A DNA stretch of 64,000 nt, from positions 384,001 to 448,000 of the forward strand of contig JBGARZ010000003.1 of assembly GCA_044229975.1 (NCBI GenBank), in the 5' to 3' direction. The position numbers and the translations under genes were made by a program. The stretch comes from Polyangiales bacterium (GTDB lineage: Bacteria; Myxococcota_A; Polyangia; Polyangiales; Ga0077539). Every line of letters starts with the position of its first letter. Position 1 is the first letter of the stretch. This document shows, one piece after another, positions 21,999-31,233 of this stretch. The notes beneath the pieces were generated by a model. That model was not told the origin of the DNA. It saw only the letters and a program-made list of their open reading frames with translations, and did not search any database.

Positions 21999-23477
21999 TT
22001 AGGTGGTGACGTGGGAGGGCACGTCGTCGGTCGCGGGCAACCATACCGTGAACAGCGCCCCGGGCAGGTCGCTCGACGCGTCGCCCTGGTCGACCACCAC
22101 GCGCCCACCGAGCGCCTTCACGATGCCTGCGACGACCGCGAGCCCGAGGCCCGTCCCGCCCTCCCCCAGGCGCGTGGAGAAGAACGGATCGAACACCTTG
22201 CCGCGCACGGCCTCGGCGACGCCGGGCCCCGCGTCCTGCACCACGGCCGTCACGCCCGCGTCCGCGCGTCGCACCGCCACGTGTAGCCTTCCCCCCGCGG
22301 GCTGCGCCTGCACCCCATTGAGGCAGAGGTTGAAGAGCACCTGAAACACCTGGTCGCGCGGCGCCCCGACCATGAACCGCCCACCCTCCGGGACGTCCAC
22401 CGTCGCCCGCACCTTCGCGCGACGGCACTCCTGCCCGAGAAACCCGACGACCTCCTTGGCCACCGCGCCGAGGTCGCACTGCGCCACCACGCCCGTCGGC
22501 GTCGGCCGCGTCAGCGAGAGAAACTGCGACATCACCCGCGCGATGCGCTCGCTCTGCGTCGCGATGCTCTGCAAGCTCGCCCGCAGGTCGTCGGGAATGT
22601 CCTCGCGCTCCGCCGCCACGCGCGCCCTCCCGAGGATCACGTTGAGCGGCGACCCGATCTCATGGGCCAGCGTCGCCGCCACCTGGCCGGCCACCGCGAG
22701 CATCTGCGCGCGGTGCAGCTCGACCTCCACCTTCGCCCGCGCGGCCTCCTCGCCCGCGAGGCTCTCCTGCGCGCCCTTGAGCGACCGCGTCAGCGCGTTG
22801 AAGGCATCACCCAGCCGCCGCAGCTCGTCCCTCTCGGCCGTCACCACGGTCTCCAGGTCGCCGCCCGCGACCCGCGTCACGCCGTCGACGAAGCGCTCGA
22901 CGGGCTCGGTCATCGAGCGCGCGATACGCGCCGCGAGCAGCGCCAGCACCGCCGTGAGCACGCCCGCCACGGTGGCGAGCTGGAGTCCCCACGCGCGCAG
23001 CGCGGCGCGCAGGTAGCCGAGGTCGCGCATCACCACCATCGCCCCGATGGGCGTCGCCTGCGACGACCGCACCAGCTCCACCCTCACCAGGATCTCCTGG
23101 CCTCCGAGCACCCGCGTCTGCTGCCGGTCGGTGCGCGCGCGAAAGGCCTCGCGCACCATCTGGCGGAGGGCCAGACGTTGCTGGTTGGCGACCCGCGAGC
23201 CACCGAGCCACTGCCCGTCCGTGTCGTAGATGCCCACTCCGAGCACACCCGTGTCGTGCGTGAGGCGCTCGGCGAGCGCCCGCAGCTCCGACATCGAGAC
23301 GTCCACCGGGAGCGCCGTCATCGCCTCGCCCAGCAGCGTGGCCGTCTCGCGCACCTCGGCCTCGACCTCGACGAGCATCTCCTGCCGGTGGAAGCGCGCT
23401 CCGAGCACGCCGTACACGCCCAGGCACACCACCACGGGGGCGGTGAGCATGAGCCAGTAGCGGTCGACGAGGCGCAT
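21999..23477 (-). CDS. Membrane HAMP-domain sensor histidine kinase
   Basis: Two TM segments, HAMP, H-box 'LAHEIGSPLN', N-box 'NLCLNG', G1 'DAGPG', F 'FDPFF' and G2 'GTGLGL'. Confidence 0.95.
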   Translation of the reverse strand: MRLVDRYWLMLTAPVVVCLGVYGVLGARFHRQEMLVEVEAEVRETATLLGEAMTALPVDVSMSELRALAERLTHDTGVLGVGIYDTDGQWLGGSRVANQQRLALRQMVREAFRARTDRQQTRVLGGQEILVRVELVRSSQATPIGAMVVMRDLGYLRAALRAWGLQLATVAGVLTAVLALLAARIARSMTEPVERFVDGVTRVAGGDLETVVTAERDELRRLGDAFNALTRSLKGAQESLAGEEAARAKVEVELHRAQMLAVAGQVAATLAHEIGSPLNVILGRARVAAEREDIPDDLRASLQSIATQSERIARVMSQFLSLTRPTPTGVVAQCDLGAVAKEVVGFLGQECRRAKVRATVDVPEGGRFMVGAPRDQVFQVLFNLCLNGVQAQPAGGRLHVAVRRADAGVTAVVQDAGPGVAEAVRGKVFDPFFSTRLGEGGTGLGLAVVAGIVKALGGRVVVDQGDASSDLPGALFTVWLPATDDVPSHVTT

Positions 23478-23526
23478 CGGGTGGTCGCCGTCGTAGCAGA
23501 GACGCGGCCCCGGTGGGGTGCGACGG

Positions 23527-25080
23527 TCAGCGGTGGACGCGGAGCACGTAGCGGAGGCGCACCTGGCTCTCCTTGTAGAGCAGGTACTCCGACTGGGTGA
23601 AGGTGCTCTTGGCGTATTGCGACTGCTTGATGGGCTTGCCCTGCGGGACGACGATCTTCTTGCCGTCGATGGTGATGGTGATGTCGTCCTTGGGGTCGGG
23701 CTCGGTGTGGCCGCGGGCGACGATGCAGTCGAAGCCCTTGGGCGCTTCCTTGAGCGACGAGTCGTCGCGCACGATGGTGTGCTCCTTCCCGAGCGCCGCC
23801 TCCGCCAGGAACATCACGCCCGTGCTGCCGGCCCAGCCCACGTAGTTGACGGACTTGCCGTTCTCCGAGGCGAGGTAGATGCCCTTGCCGACGCGTCCGC
23901 CCGAGTGCGGCATGATGCGCAGGCCCGACCCGAGGATGGCGGCCACCACGGCGACGTTGGTGCCGTGCCAGAGCAGCTTGCGCTCGCCGATGGTGTCGTG
24001 GGCCTTGAACCGGTCGCCCTCACCGTGGCGGTTGAGGCGAAACACATCCACCAGCTTGAGGTTGTAGTAGCTGGCCCCGGTGGCCTGCATGTACTTGAGG
24101 ATCCAGGCGTACTCGTCCGAGGTCGGGTCGATGTACTCGAGGTCGGCCTTGATCTTCTTGTAGTTCTCGTCGGCGGGGTGGGGCACCGCCTCGGGCTCGG
24201 GCCCGGCCGCGGCGGCCTGCTCCATGCTCAACGCGATCTCGATGTCGTTGAGCACGTTGAGCATCTCCACCTTCTTGTGGAGCAGCTCCGGGGTGTTGAT
24301 GGGCGGCGGAATCCGTCGGCCGAAGCTGTGCGGGATGAGCGTGTAGAACTTCGACGAGACCGTGTTGATGAGGTTGGCGTTGTTGGCGTTGATCGCCTGC
24401 TCCAACTCTTCGAGGACGTCGTAGCCCTTCTTCACCTGCGACTTGGAGATCTGCCCGAGGGGCATCTTCTTCACGTCGATGTCGAAGGACGCCATCGCGC
24501 CCTTGAACATGTCCTGGTCGAAGATGAGCTGCATGAAGTTCTGGACGGACTGGTGCAGCGCGCTCGGGAGGAGCTTCTTGGTCACCTTCGGCTGAAGCGA
24601 CGCAGCCGCCTTGTCGATGGCCTTGAGCTTCTCCTCGACCTCGGCGGCCTTCGCGGTGTCGGCCGAGCGCTCGATCTCGATGAGCGCGTACTTGCCCGCC
24701 TTGGCGACGAAGTTCTTGCGGTTCGCCCAGGCGTTGCCGGACTTGTCCTTGAACTTCGACTCGAAGTCCGAGATGGCGCTCGCCGCCGCCGGGTACGGCC
24801 CCTTGAGCGCCGTCTGCCCGACCTCGCCCACGCGCCCCCAGCGGTTCCACGCGTAGAACTTCCCGCCCGACTCCAGCACCTGGATCACATAGAACTTGTT
24901 GTTGTTGGCGCCGATGTTCGTCTGGTTGAGCATGGCGTCGTAGTCCTCGTGGACCGTCGCCTTGCTCTTCAGGGGGCAGTTGTCATCGACCGGGATGTTG
25001 ACCGCTCCTGCCGCGGGCGCGGCCGGGGTCGCAGCCGCCGCAGGGGTCGCCGTCGTCGTCGTCGTCTTCGCCTTCGCCAT
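23527..25080 (-). CDS. Poly/mono(ADP-ribose) polymerase with WGR, regulatory (helical) and catalytic domains, PARP3-like
   Basis: WGR 'LNQTNIGANNNKFYVIQ...WNRWGRVGEVGQ'; regulatory 'KKMPLGQISKSQV...SSKFYTLIPHSFG'; catalytic 'LLWHGT', 'GKGIYLA', 'QSEY' (H-Y-E triad). 517 aa from ATG 25080. Confidence 0.95.
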   Translation of the reverse strand: MAKAKTTTTTATPAAAATPAAPAAGAVNIPVDDNCPLKSKATVHEDYDAMLNQTNIGANNNKFYVIQVLESGGKFYAWNRWGRVGEVGQTALKGPYPAAASAISDFESKFKDKSGNAWANRKNFVAKAGKYALIEIERSADTAKAAEVEEKLKAIDKAAASLQPKVTKKLLPSALHQSVQNFMQLIFDQDMFKGAMASFDIDVKKMPLGQISKSQVKKGYDVLEELEQAINANNANLINTVSSKFYTLIPHSFGRRIPPPINTPELLHKKVEMLNVLNDIEIALSMEQAAAAGPEPEAVPHPADENYKKIKADLEYIDPTSDEYAWILKYMQATGASYYNLKLVDVFRLNRHGEGDRFKAHDTIGERKLLWHGTNVAVVAAILGSGLRIMPHSGGRVGKGIYLASENGKSVNYVGWAGSTGVMFLAEAALGKEHTIVRDDSSLKEAPKGFDCIVARGHTEPDPKDDITITIDGKKIVVPQGKPIKQSQYAKSTFTQSEYLLYKESQVRLRYVLRVHR

Positions 25081-25168
25081 GGCCTCGCCTTTCACTCCGG
25101 CGCGGTCCGTCCACCGCGCACCATTGGGCGTCGGGTTGTACATCCTCCCGCGCCCCGAACGGAACCCG

Positions 25169-26641
25169 CTATGTGCGCGGCCCTCGGCCGCCGACACGCC
25201 ACACCGCGACGAGCCCGACGGAGAGCGCCACCGCCGCCGCCCACCACAGGCCCTTGCCCTGTGACGCAGGCGCCGGGGTCGTCGGAGCCGCCGCCGCGCG
25301 CGCTGTCCCCGCATCCGCGGGCGCCTCTTCGATGGACGGGATGTCGTGCCCCACGGGCGTCGGCGCAGGCGCCGCTGGAGGCGTCGCCGCCGGGCCAGTC
25401 GTATCGACGCCCTCGCAGGTGTGGGCGCAGCGCGCGACGCCACCATCGGGCTGCTGCACGGTGCCGCAGCGATCGTCGGCCAGGCCCCACCGCGCGAGGC
25501 CGCCCGGCGCCGCGAGGTCGACCTGTCGGTTGCCGCACAGGGTGTTGGAGCGCAGCGCCGCCGTCACGCACCGAGCGCCCCGCGCGTATCCGACCCGCGC
25601 CGCCGCACGGCAGTCCTGCGCGAACGACACCACCTGGGCCTGGCTGTTGACCTGTCGGTCGATGGCGAGCTCACGTTCGCCCTCGCGGCGCTTCCACACC
25701 TGGCCCGTCGCGGGACAGGCATAGTTGGGAACGCACCCCGGAATCCCGAGCGCTCCCATCACGTCAGGCCCGCAGTGCCGCAGGTACGCGTCGAAGCGCA
25801 CCTGCGCGGGGCTCCCCTCGGCGCCCGACGGTCGCGCCTCGATGACCGCACCCTGCCTGCGCTCGTCGGCGAGCCAGCTCTCGTGCACGAGGCACCCGCC
25901 GCACCCCGACGAGTAGAGCATCAGCGTCCCGGCGGCGACGCCCGCGGGCGGCGGCGTGCACGAGCAGTCGTCCCACGGCCCGCCCTGCGCGCCGGCCCCC
26001 GTCGCGCGAACGTCCCCGAGCAGCACACCCTGGTCGTTGCCCGACACCGTGTTGCCGATGAACACCGGCATCGCATCGCACGCCGCCACGCCGACACCGC
26101 CGCCCGTGATGTCCGACCGGACGATCACCACACCGGGGTTGGTGATGCCCGACGGCGCCGCGCAGCGACCCGCCTCGTCGGCGCCCAGCGAGACGCCCAC
26201 GCGGTTGCGCGAGAGTGACGCGCGCACGACGCGGAGGTTGCTCGACGCCTCGGCCCGGATGCCGGTTCGGGCGTCGTTGACCACGTCGGCGAAGAGCGTC
26301 GCGCCGCGGGCGTTGGCTACGCGAATGCCGACGCCGCCCTCCTGCACATGGACGTTGCGGACGAGCACGTCGTCGGCCGCCACCTCGACGCCCACGGCCG
26401 CACCACGCAGCGTGTGCCGCATCCCATCGAAGGTCGCGCCCCGGCCCGTGATGCGAATGCAGGTGGTCGCGCGGGTCGCGTCGATGTCGCCGGCGAGCAC
26501 GGCGCTCGCCCCCGCCGTCGCCAGGGCCGTCGTGCACGACTCGCAGGAGTCACACTGCCCACCCGGAACCTGCGCGCCCGCCATCGCGGGCATCGTCGCG
26601 AGCGCGAGGAGGGTGGCGATGAATGCGAGGTGGGCGTTCAT
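25169..26641 (-). CDS. Secreted Cys-rich right-handed beta-helix protein with C-terminal membrane anchor
   Basis: Signal peptide MNAHLAFIATLLALATMPAMAGA, repeated 'GV.V....V' beta-helix rungs, an internal 'LYSSGCGGC' segment, a Pro/Ala linker and a terminal TM with basic tail. ATG overlaps the purD stop. Confidence 0.8.
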   Translation of the reverse strand: MNAHLAFIATLLALATMPAMAGAQVPGGQCDSCESCTTALATAGASAVLAGDIDATRATTCIRITGRGATFDGMRHTLRGAAVGVEVAADDVLVRNVHVQEGGVGIRVANARGATLFADVVNDARTGIRAEASSNLRVVRASLSRNRVGVSLGADEAGRCAAPSGITNPGVVIVRSDITGGGVGVAACDAMPVFIGNTVSGNDQGVLLGDVRATGAGAQGGPWDDCSCTPPPAGVAAGTLMLYSSGCGGCLVHESWLADERRQGAVIEARPSGAEGSPAQVRFDAYLRHCGPDVMGALGIPGCVPNYACPATGQVWKRREGERELAIDRQVNSQAQVVSFAQDCRAAARVGYARGARCVTAALRSNTLCGNRQVDLAAPGGLARWGLADDRCGTVQQPDGGVARCAHTCEGVDTTGPAATPPAAPAPTPVGHDIPSIEEAPADAGTARAAAAPTTPAPASQGKGLWWAAAVALSVGLVAVWRVGGRGPRT

Positions 26642-27900
26642 GAGGGCTCCCAGGTTCCGACATCGCGGCGGTAGCGACCGCGGGGCCAGTCGATGGTGGC
26701 GACGGCGGCGTAGGCACGGCGCGCGGCCTCGGCGAGCGACGGCGCGAGCGCGACCACGTTGAGCACGCGGCCACCCGACGAGCGCAGCACCCCGGCGTCG
26801 TCGTGAGCGGTCCCGGCGTGGAAGACCTCGACGCCGAGCGCCTTCGCACGCTCGATGCCGCTGATGCGGTCGCCCGTCACGGGTCGGTCGGGGTAGCCCG
26901 GCGCGGTCATCACCACGCAGACCGCGCTGCCCGGTCGCGGCGGCCGCGGGGTCTGTGCAACGGCTCCGCCCGCCACGCCGACGATGGCGTCGAGGAGCCC
27001 TTGCCCCTGAGCCATCATCAACGCCTGACACTCGGGGTCACCGAAGCGCGCGTTGTATTCGAGCAGCATCGGTCCGTCCTTGGTGAGCATCACGCCCGCG
27101 TAGAGCACGCCGCGAAAGGGGCACCCCTCGGACTTCATCGCGTCGACGGTGGGGCCGACGATGGTCGCCATGATCTGCTCGATCAGCGCGGGCGTTTCCA
27201 GCGGGTGCGGGGTGATGGCGCCCATGCCCCCGGTGTTGGGTCCGGTGTTGCCGTCGCCGACGCGCTTGTAGTCCATGGCCGTCGCGTAGAAGCGCGCCGT
27301 GTCGCCGTCGGAGAGCGCGAAGAGGCTCATCTCGGGCCCCACGAGGAAGTCTTCGATCACCACGCTGCGCCCCGCCTCGCCGAAGCGCCCGGCGCGGAGC
27401 GCGTCGTCCACGGCCGCGAGCGCGTCGTCCACGGTCTCGGCGACGGTGACCCCCTTGCCCGCGGCGAGCCCGTCGGCCTTCACCACGACGGGTGCGCCGT
27501 GCGCTCGCACGAAGGCGCTCGCCTCATCGGCGTCGGTGAAGCGACGGTAGGCCGCCGTCGGGATGCCGTACTTCGCGCACAGGTCCTTCAAGAAGCCCTT
27601 GGAGCCCTCCAGGCGGGCGGCCGCCGCGCTCGGGCCGAACACCGGGATACCCAGTGCGGTAAGCCGATCGGCGAGCCCCGCGACGAGCGGCGCCTCGGGG
27701 CCCACCACGACGAGCGACATGCCCTTCGCGAGCGCGACGAGTCCGTCGACGTCGGTCGCCGCGACGGCGACGCAGCGCGCGACCTCGGCGATGCCCGGGT
27801 TGCCCGGCGCCACCACCAGCTCCTGCACCCGCGAGTCCCTGGAGAGCGCCCACGCGAGGGCATGCTCCCGACCACCACCACCGACCAGCAGTACTCTCAC
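26638..27900 (-). CDS. purD: Phosphoribosylamine--glycine ligase
   Basis: 'VGGGGREHALAW', 'VVGPEAPL', 'VVKADGLAAGKGV', 'GPNTGGMGA' and 'EYNARFGDPE'. Confidence 0.97.
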   Translation of the reverse strand: MRVLLVGGGGREHALAWALSRDSRVQELVVAPGNPGIAEVARCVAVAATDVDGLVALAKGMSLVVVGPEAPLVAGLADRLTALGIPVFGPSAAAARLEGSKGFLKDLCAKYGIPTAAYRRFTDADEASAFVRAHGAPVVVKADGLAAGKGVTVAETVDDALAAVDDALRAGRFGEAGRSVVIEDFLVGPEMSLFALSDGDTARFYATAMDYKRVGDGNTGPNTGGMGAITPHPLETPALIEQIMATIVGPTVDAMKSEGCPFRGVLYAGVMLTKDGPMLLEYNARFGDPECQALMMAQGQGLLDAIVGVAGGAVAQTPRPPRPGSAVCVVMTAPGYPDRPVTGDRISGIERAKALGVEVFHAGTAHDDAGVLRSSGGRVLNVVALAPSLAEAARRAYAAVATIDWPRGRYRRDVGTWEPS

Positions 27901-27988
27901 GGGCCCTCGTTACCACTCTCCCCGCCGCGCGAGAACCGCAGTCTCGCTTGCGACCGCGCGACGACGCGCGCCATCATCGCCCCACCCC

Positions 27989-28366
27989 GTGCGGAACCGA
28001 CCGTCCCCGCTCCCCTTCTGGCTCCTCGCGCTCGCGGCCCTGCTGTTCGTCGCGCCCACCGCGCGCGCGACGCCGCTGCCGCCCACCGTCGCGCTCCTGG
28101 CGCAGCACACCGGCGGCAGCTTCGGGGGCTCCAACTGGGGTGGTGGTTCATCGAGCAGCTCGTCGTCGAGTTCGTCGTCGTCCGGCTCCTACTCCGGCGG
28201 CGGCTCTTCGTCGTCGGGCGGTTCGTCCTCCAACGACGCCGGAGCCATCTGGGCTCTCCTTGAACTCGTCATCTGGTGCTTCTCGGTGAGCCCCGTCCTC
28301 GGCTTCGCCGTGCTCGGTGTCGGCCTCGCCTTCCTGCTGTTCGTCCGCCTCACGAAGAACCGATGA
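27989..28366 (+). CDS. Small membrane protein with signal peptide and Gly/Ser-rich linker
   Basis: Hydrophobic leader, 'HTGGSFGGSNWGGG' plus poly-Ser, and C-terminal TM helices. The stop overlaps the next ATG (ATGA). GTG start is inferred. Confidence 0.6.
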   Translation: MRNRPSPLPFWLLALAALLFVAPTARATPLPPTVALLAQHTGGSFGGSNWGGGSSSSSSSSSSSSGSYSGGGSSSSGGSSSNDAGAIWALLELVIWCFSVSPVLGFAVLGVGLAFLLFVRLTKNR

Positions 28367-28788
28367 CCTCCACCGCTCCCACCACCGCGCCCCATGAGTT
28401 CGACGCTGCCGACGACGCGGTCTTCCTCGCGCTCGCCGCCTCGGCCTCGCGGGTCGGTCTCGCCGGGTACGCTCTCGGCGCGACCCTCCTCGTCGCCGGT
28501 GTGTGTAGCCTCGTGCGACCACCCCCGCACCTCCCGCCCCACGCCGCGCCCGTCATCGCCGCCATCACCCTCCTCGGCGCCGTGCCCGCCGCGCTCTCGG
28601 CCCGTCAGCTCCGCGCGGCCGCCGAAAGTCTTCGCGCCGTGGCCCTCACCGCGGGCGATGACGTCGCCCACCTCATGGCCGCCGTCGACAGCCTCAAGCG
28701 CGCCTTCACCGCGCTCGTCGCCATGCTCGCGATCGACGCCGCGGGGCTCGCGGTCGTGGTCGCGGTGATGTTCCCGAGGGGAGGCTGA
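28363..28788 (+). CDS. Hypothetical membrane protein (paralog of the next gene)
   Basis: 'HEFDAADDAVFLALA' and 'AAESLRAVALTAGDDVAHLMAAVDSL', with three hydrophobic segments. Confidence 0.75.
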   Translation: MTSTAPTTAPHEFDAADDAVFLALAASASRVGLAGYALGATLLVAGVCSLVRPPPHLPPHAAPVIAAITLLGAVPAALSARQLRAAAESLRAVALTAGDDVAHLMAAVDSLKRAFTALVAMLAIDAAGLAVVVAVMFPRGG

Positions 28789-28792
28789 GCCG

Positions 28793-29191
28793 ATGGCGTC
28801 GCACGAGTTCACCGCCGACGAGAACCGCTCCCTCGCCGCCCTCGCCCAGCGCCTCCGCTGGACCACCGCGCTGCTCTCGCTCCTCTCCCTGCTCGTCGTC
28901 GCGCTCTCGGGTCAGGCCTTCCACTCGCTCTGGTGGGCCGGTCGCGCGGGCGCCCGCTTCGGCATCCTCGGCGTCGCGGGCCTCACGCTCGCCATGGTGC
29001 TCGGTGTGCTCGCCCGCTGGATCCACCGCGCCGCCCGCTCCTTCGGCGCCGTCGTCGACACCGCGGGCGCCGACGTCGACCACGCCATGACCGCGGTGCG
29101 CGCCCTCCGCGCGTCCCTCCGCGTGCTCGAAGCCGCCGCCGTCGCGATCCTCGCGCTCACCCTCCTCGCCGCCATCGCCCATCTTCGCTGA
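28793..29191 (+). CDS. Hypothetical membrane protein (paralog of the previous gene)
   Basis: 'HEFTADENRSLAALA' and 'AARSFGAVVDTAGADVDHAMTAVRAL'; GGAGG RBS. Confidence 0.8.
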   Translation: MASHEFTADENRSLAALAQRLRWTTALLSLLSLLVVALSGQAFHSLWWAGRAGARFGILGVAGLTLAMVLGVLARWIHRAARSFGAVVDTAGADVDHAMTAVRALRASLRVLEAAAVAILALTLLAAIAHLR

Positions 29192-29225
29192 CAACCATCG
29201 ACCTCGGCGCGCGTACACTCGCGCC

Positions 29226-30686
29226 GTGCGATCCCACCACTGCCTCGCCGCGCTCTCGCTCCTCCTCGGCTGCGCCCACACCCTCCAGATCCCCCGACCA
29301 CCCGCGTCCGGTCCCGGCGCCCCGCTCCCGCCTCTCCCTCCGGCGTCCATCGAGCTCCCGCTCCAGGCCGACATCCGCGGAACCCTCCACTCCCTCGACG
29401 CCCTGGTCCCCGCGACCTTCGACACCCAGGGGCGCTTCCAGATGATCGGCCCGTCGCCCGTCGGCATCCGCTACCGCGTGCAGCGCTCGCCCTTCCGCTT
29501 CGAGCCCCGCGGCGGTTCGATGCACGTCGAGTCCACGCTCGAAGTCACCGCCGAAGCCTGCCTCGGCGCCCCGCTCGGTCTGCCCATCCCCTTCCTCCCG
29601 AGCTGCCAGGTCGTCGCCTCCTGCGGCATCAACGAGGCCCCTCGCCGCATCGTCGTGAGCGCCGACACCACCATCCGCCTCGACCCCTCGTGGCGCATCG
29701 TGTCCGAGACCGTCCCCGCCGCGCCCGTGTTTCGCGACCGCTGCGAGCTCACCATGCTCCGCGTCGACGTGACCACCTTCGTCGCCGGTCTCGTCTCGCA
29801 GCAGGTCACCGCCGCCACGCAGCGCATGGACGCCACCGTTCGTTCGCACGGCGACCTCAGCGACCGCGCCCGCGACCTCTGGATCAACCTCGGCGCCCCG
29901 ATGGAACTCGGCGAGGGCTTCTGGCTCACCCTCTCCCCGCAGCGCGTCTTCGCGTCGCCCTTCGCGCTCACGGCCGAGACCGCGACCACCCGCGTCGGCA
30001 TCGTCGCGCAGCCCTCTGTCACCTCGGGCCCGCGCCCGACCCCTTCCGCGACGCCGCTCCCATCGCTCGATGCCTCGTCCTCCACCACCCAGGGCGACCG
30101 CTTCTCCCTCACCCTCGACGCGACGGTCACCTTCGCCGAGACCACCGAGCTCGTCGCCCAGGAGTTTCGCGGCCGCACCGTGGAACTCGACGGCCACCAC
30201 GCCCTCGTCCGCGAGGTGCGCGTTCGAGGCAACGGCGGCGCGCTGCTCTTCGAGCTCGACATCACCTTCCAGGACGGCGCCTTCGACGGAACCCCCGCCA
30301 CCCTCTACCTCGCGGGCCTGCCCGACTACGACGCCGCCCGCGAGGCCCTCGTCGTGCGCGAGCTCGACTACACCATGGAGACCCGCAACACCCTCCTCCA
30401 AGCGGGCGAGTGGCTGCTCCGCGGATCACTCCGCGACGGCCTCGCCCGCCGCGCGTCCTTCCCCTTGGGCGACCGGTTGCGTCGCCTGCGCGACAACGCC
30501 CAGCGTGCGCTCACCCGTCCCCTCGGCGCGGGTTCCCAGCTCCGCGGCGAGCTCTCGGCGCTGCGTCCCATCGGCGCCTACGTGAGCGACGCGGGCGTCA
30601 TCGTGCGCGTCCAGACCGACGGCCGCGCCGAGGTCACGCAAGACCTCACCACCCTCGACCTCAGCGGTCAGGGCCTGGTGCGCTGA
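29226..30686 (+). CDS. Lipoprotein, probably DUF4403 family
   Basis: Lipobox 'LLLGC'. Beta-rich ~486 aa with 'PASIELP', 'WLTLSPQ', 'TLYLAGLPDYD' and 'LDYTMETRN', as recalled for DUF4403 proteins. Confidence 0.7.
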   Translation: MRSHHCLAALSLLLGCAHTLQIPRPPASGPGAPLPPLPPASIELPLQADIRGTLHSLDALVPATFDTQGRFQMIGPSPVGIRYRVQRSPFRFEPRGGSMHVESTLEVTAEACLGAPLGLPIPFLPSCQVVASCGINEAPRRIVVSADTTIRLDPSWRIVSETVPAAPVFRDRCELTMLRVDVTTFVAGLVSQQVTAATQRMDATVRSHGDLSDRARDLWINLGAPMELGEGFWLTLSPQRVFASPFALTAETATTRVGIVAQPSVTSGPRPTPSATPLPSLDASSSTTQGDRFSLTLDATVTFAETTELVAQEFRGRTVELDGHHALVREVRVRGNGGALLFELDITFQDGAFDGTPATLYLAGLPDYDAAREALVVRELDYTMETRNTLLQAGEWLLRGSLRDGLARRASFPLGDRLRRLRDNAQRALTRPLGAGSQLRGELSALRPIGAYVSDAGVIVRVQTDGRAEVTQDLTTLDLSGQGLVR

Positions 30687-31155
30687 CCCGGTCGGCGCCC
30701 CACGCCGCCGCCGCCGCGCAGATCAACGCCACCAGCACCGCCCGCCCCGGCGCGACGCGCGGCTCCGTCGCGCTCCACGCGATGACGATGGCCGACCCCA
30801 CCGCCGCAGGCGCCAGCGGCCACCGACGCACCGGCGCCGACCCCGCGTCTTGCAGCGCGACGAGCATCGCCACGGCGGGCCAGAGTTCGCGGCCGTCGAT
30901 GTACCAGCCGAGCGTGAGCGCCATCGGAACCGCCAGCCGCACCCCCGCGCGCAGCACCGTGAGCGCCGCCTCGACGCGCGGCATCGACGGCGGTTGCAGG
31001 GCGGATACGAGGGACACCGCACCGAGCAGCAGGCAGAAGTCGCGCAGCCACGTGCCGCTCATCACGAACATCTCCCCGAGGTCGCGCACCAGGTACGCCG
31101 TCACGGCCGCGCCGACGGCGCCGAGGAGAAACCCGATGCGATCGCCGATGGACAC
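30661..31155 (-). CDS. Hypothetical membrane protein
   Basis: Hydrophobic ~164-aa 3' part of a long ORF that fills the gap between flanking genes. Start is inferred. Confidence 0.55.
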   Translation of the reverse strand: MSIGDRIGFLLGAVGAAVTAYLVRDLGEMFVMSGTWLRDFCLLLGAVSLVSALQPPSMPRVEAALTVLRAGVRLAVPMALTLGWYIDGRELWPAVAMLVALQDAGSAPVRRWPLAPAAVGSAIVIAWSATEPRVAPGRAVLVALICAAAAAWGADRVSAPGPDR

Positions 31156-31233
31156 GTCACCGGGTTGATACACCGAAGAGCCCGCACGGTGCCTTGACCC
31201 CGTGCGCGAGGCGCCCGTACCGTCCGCCCCAAC

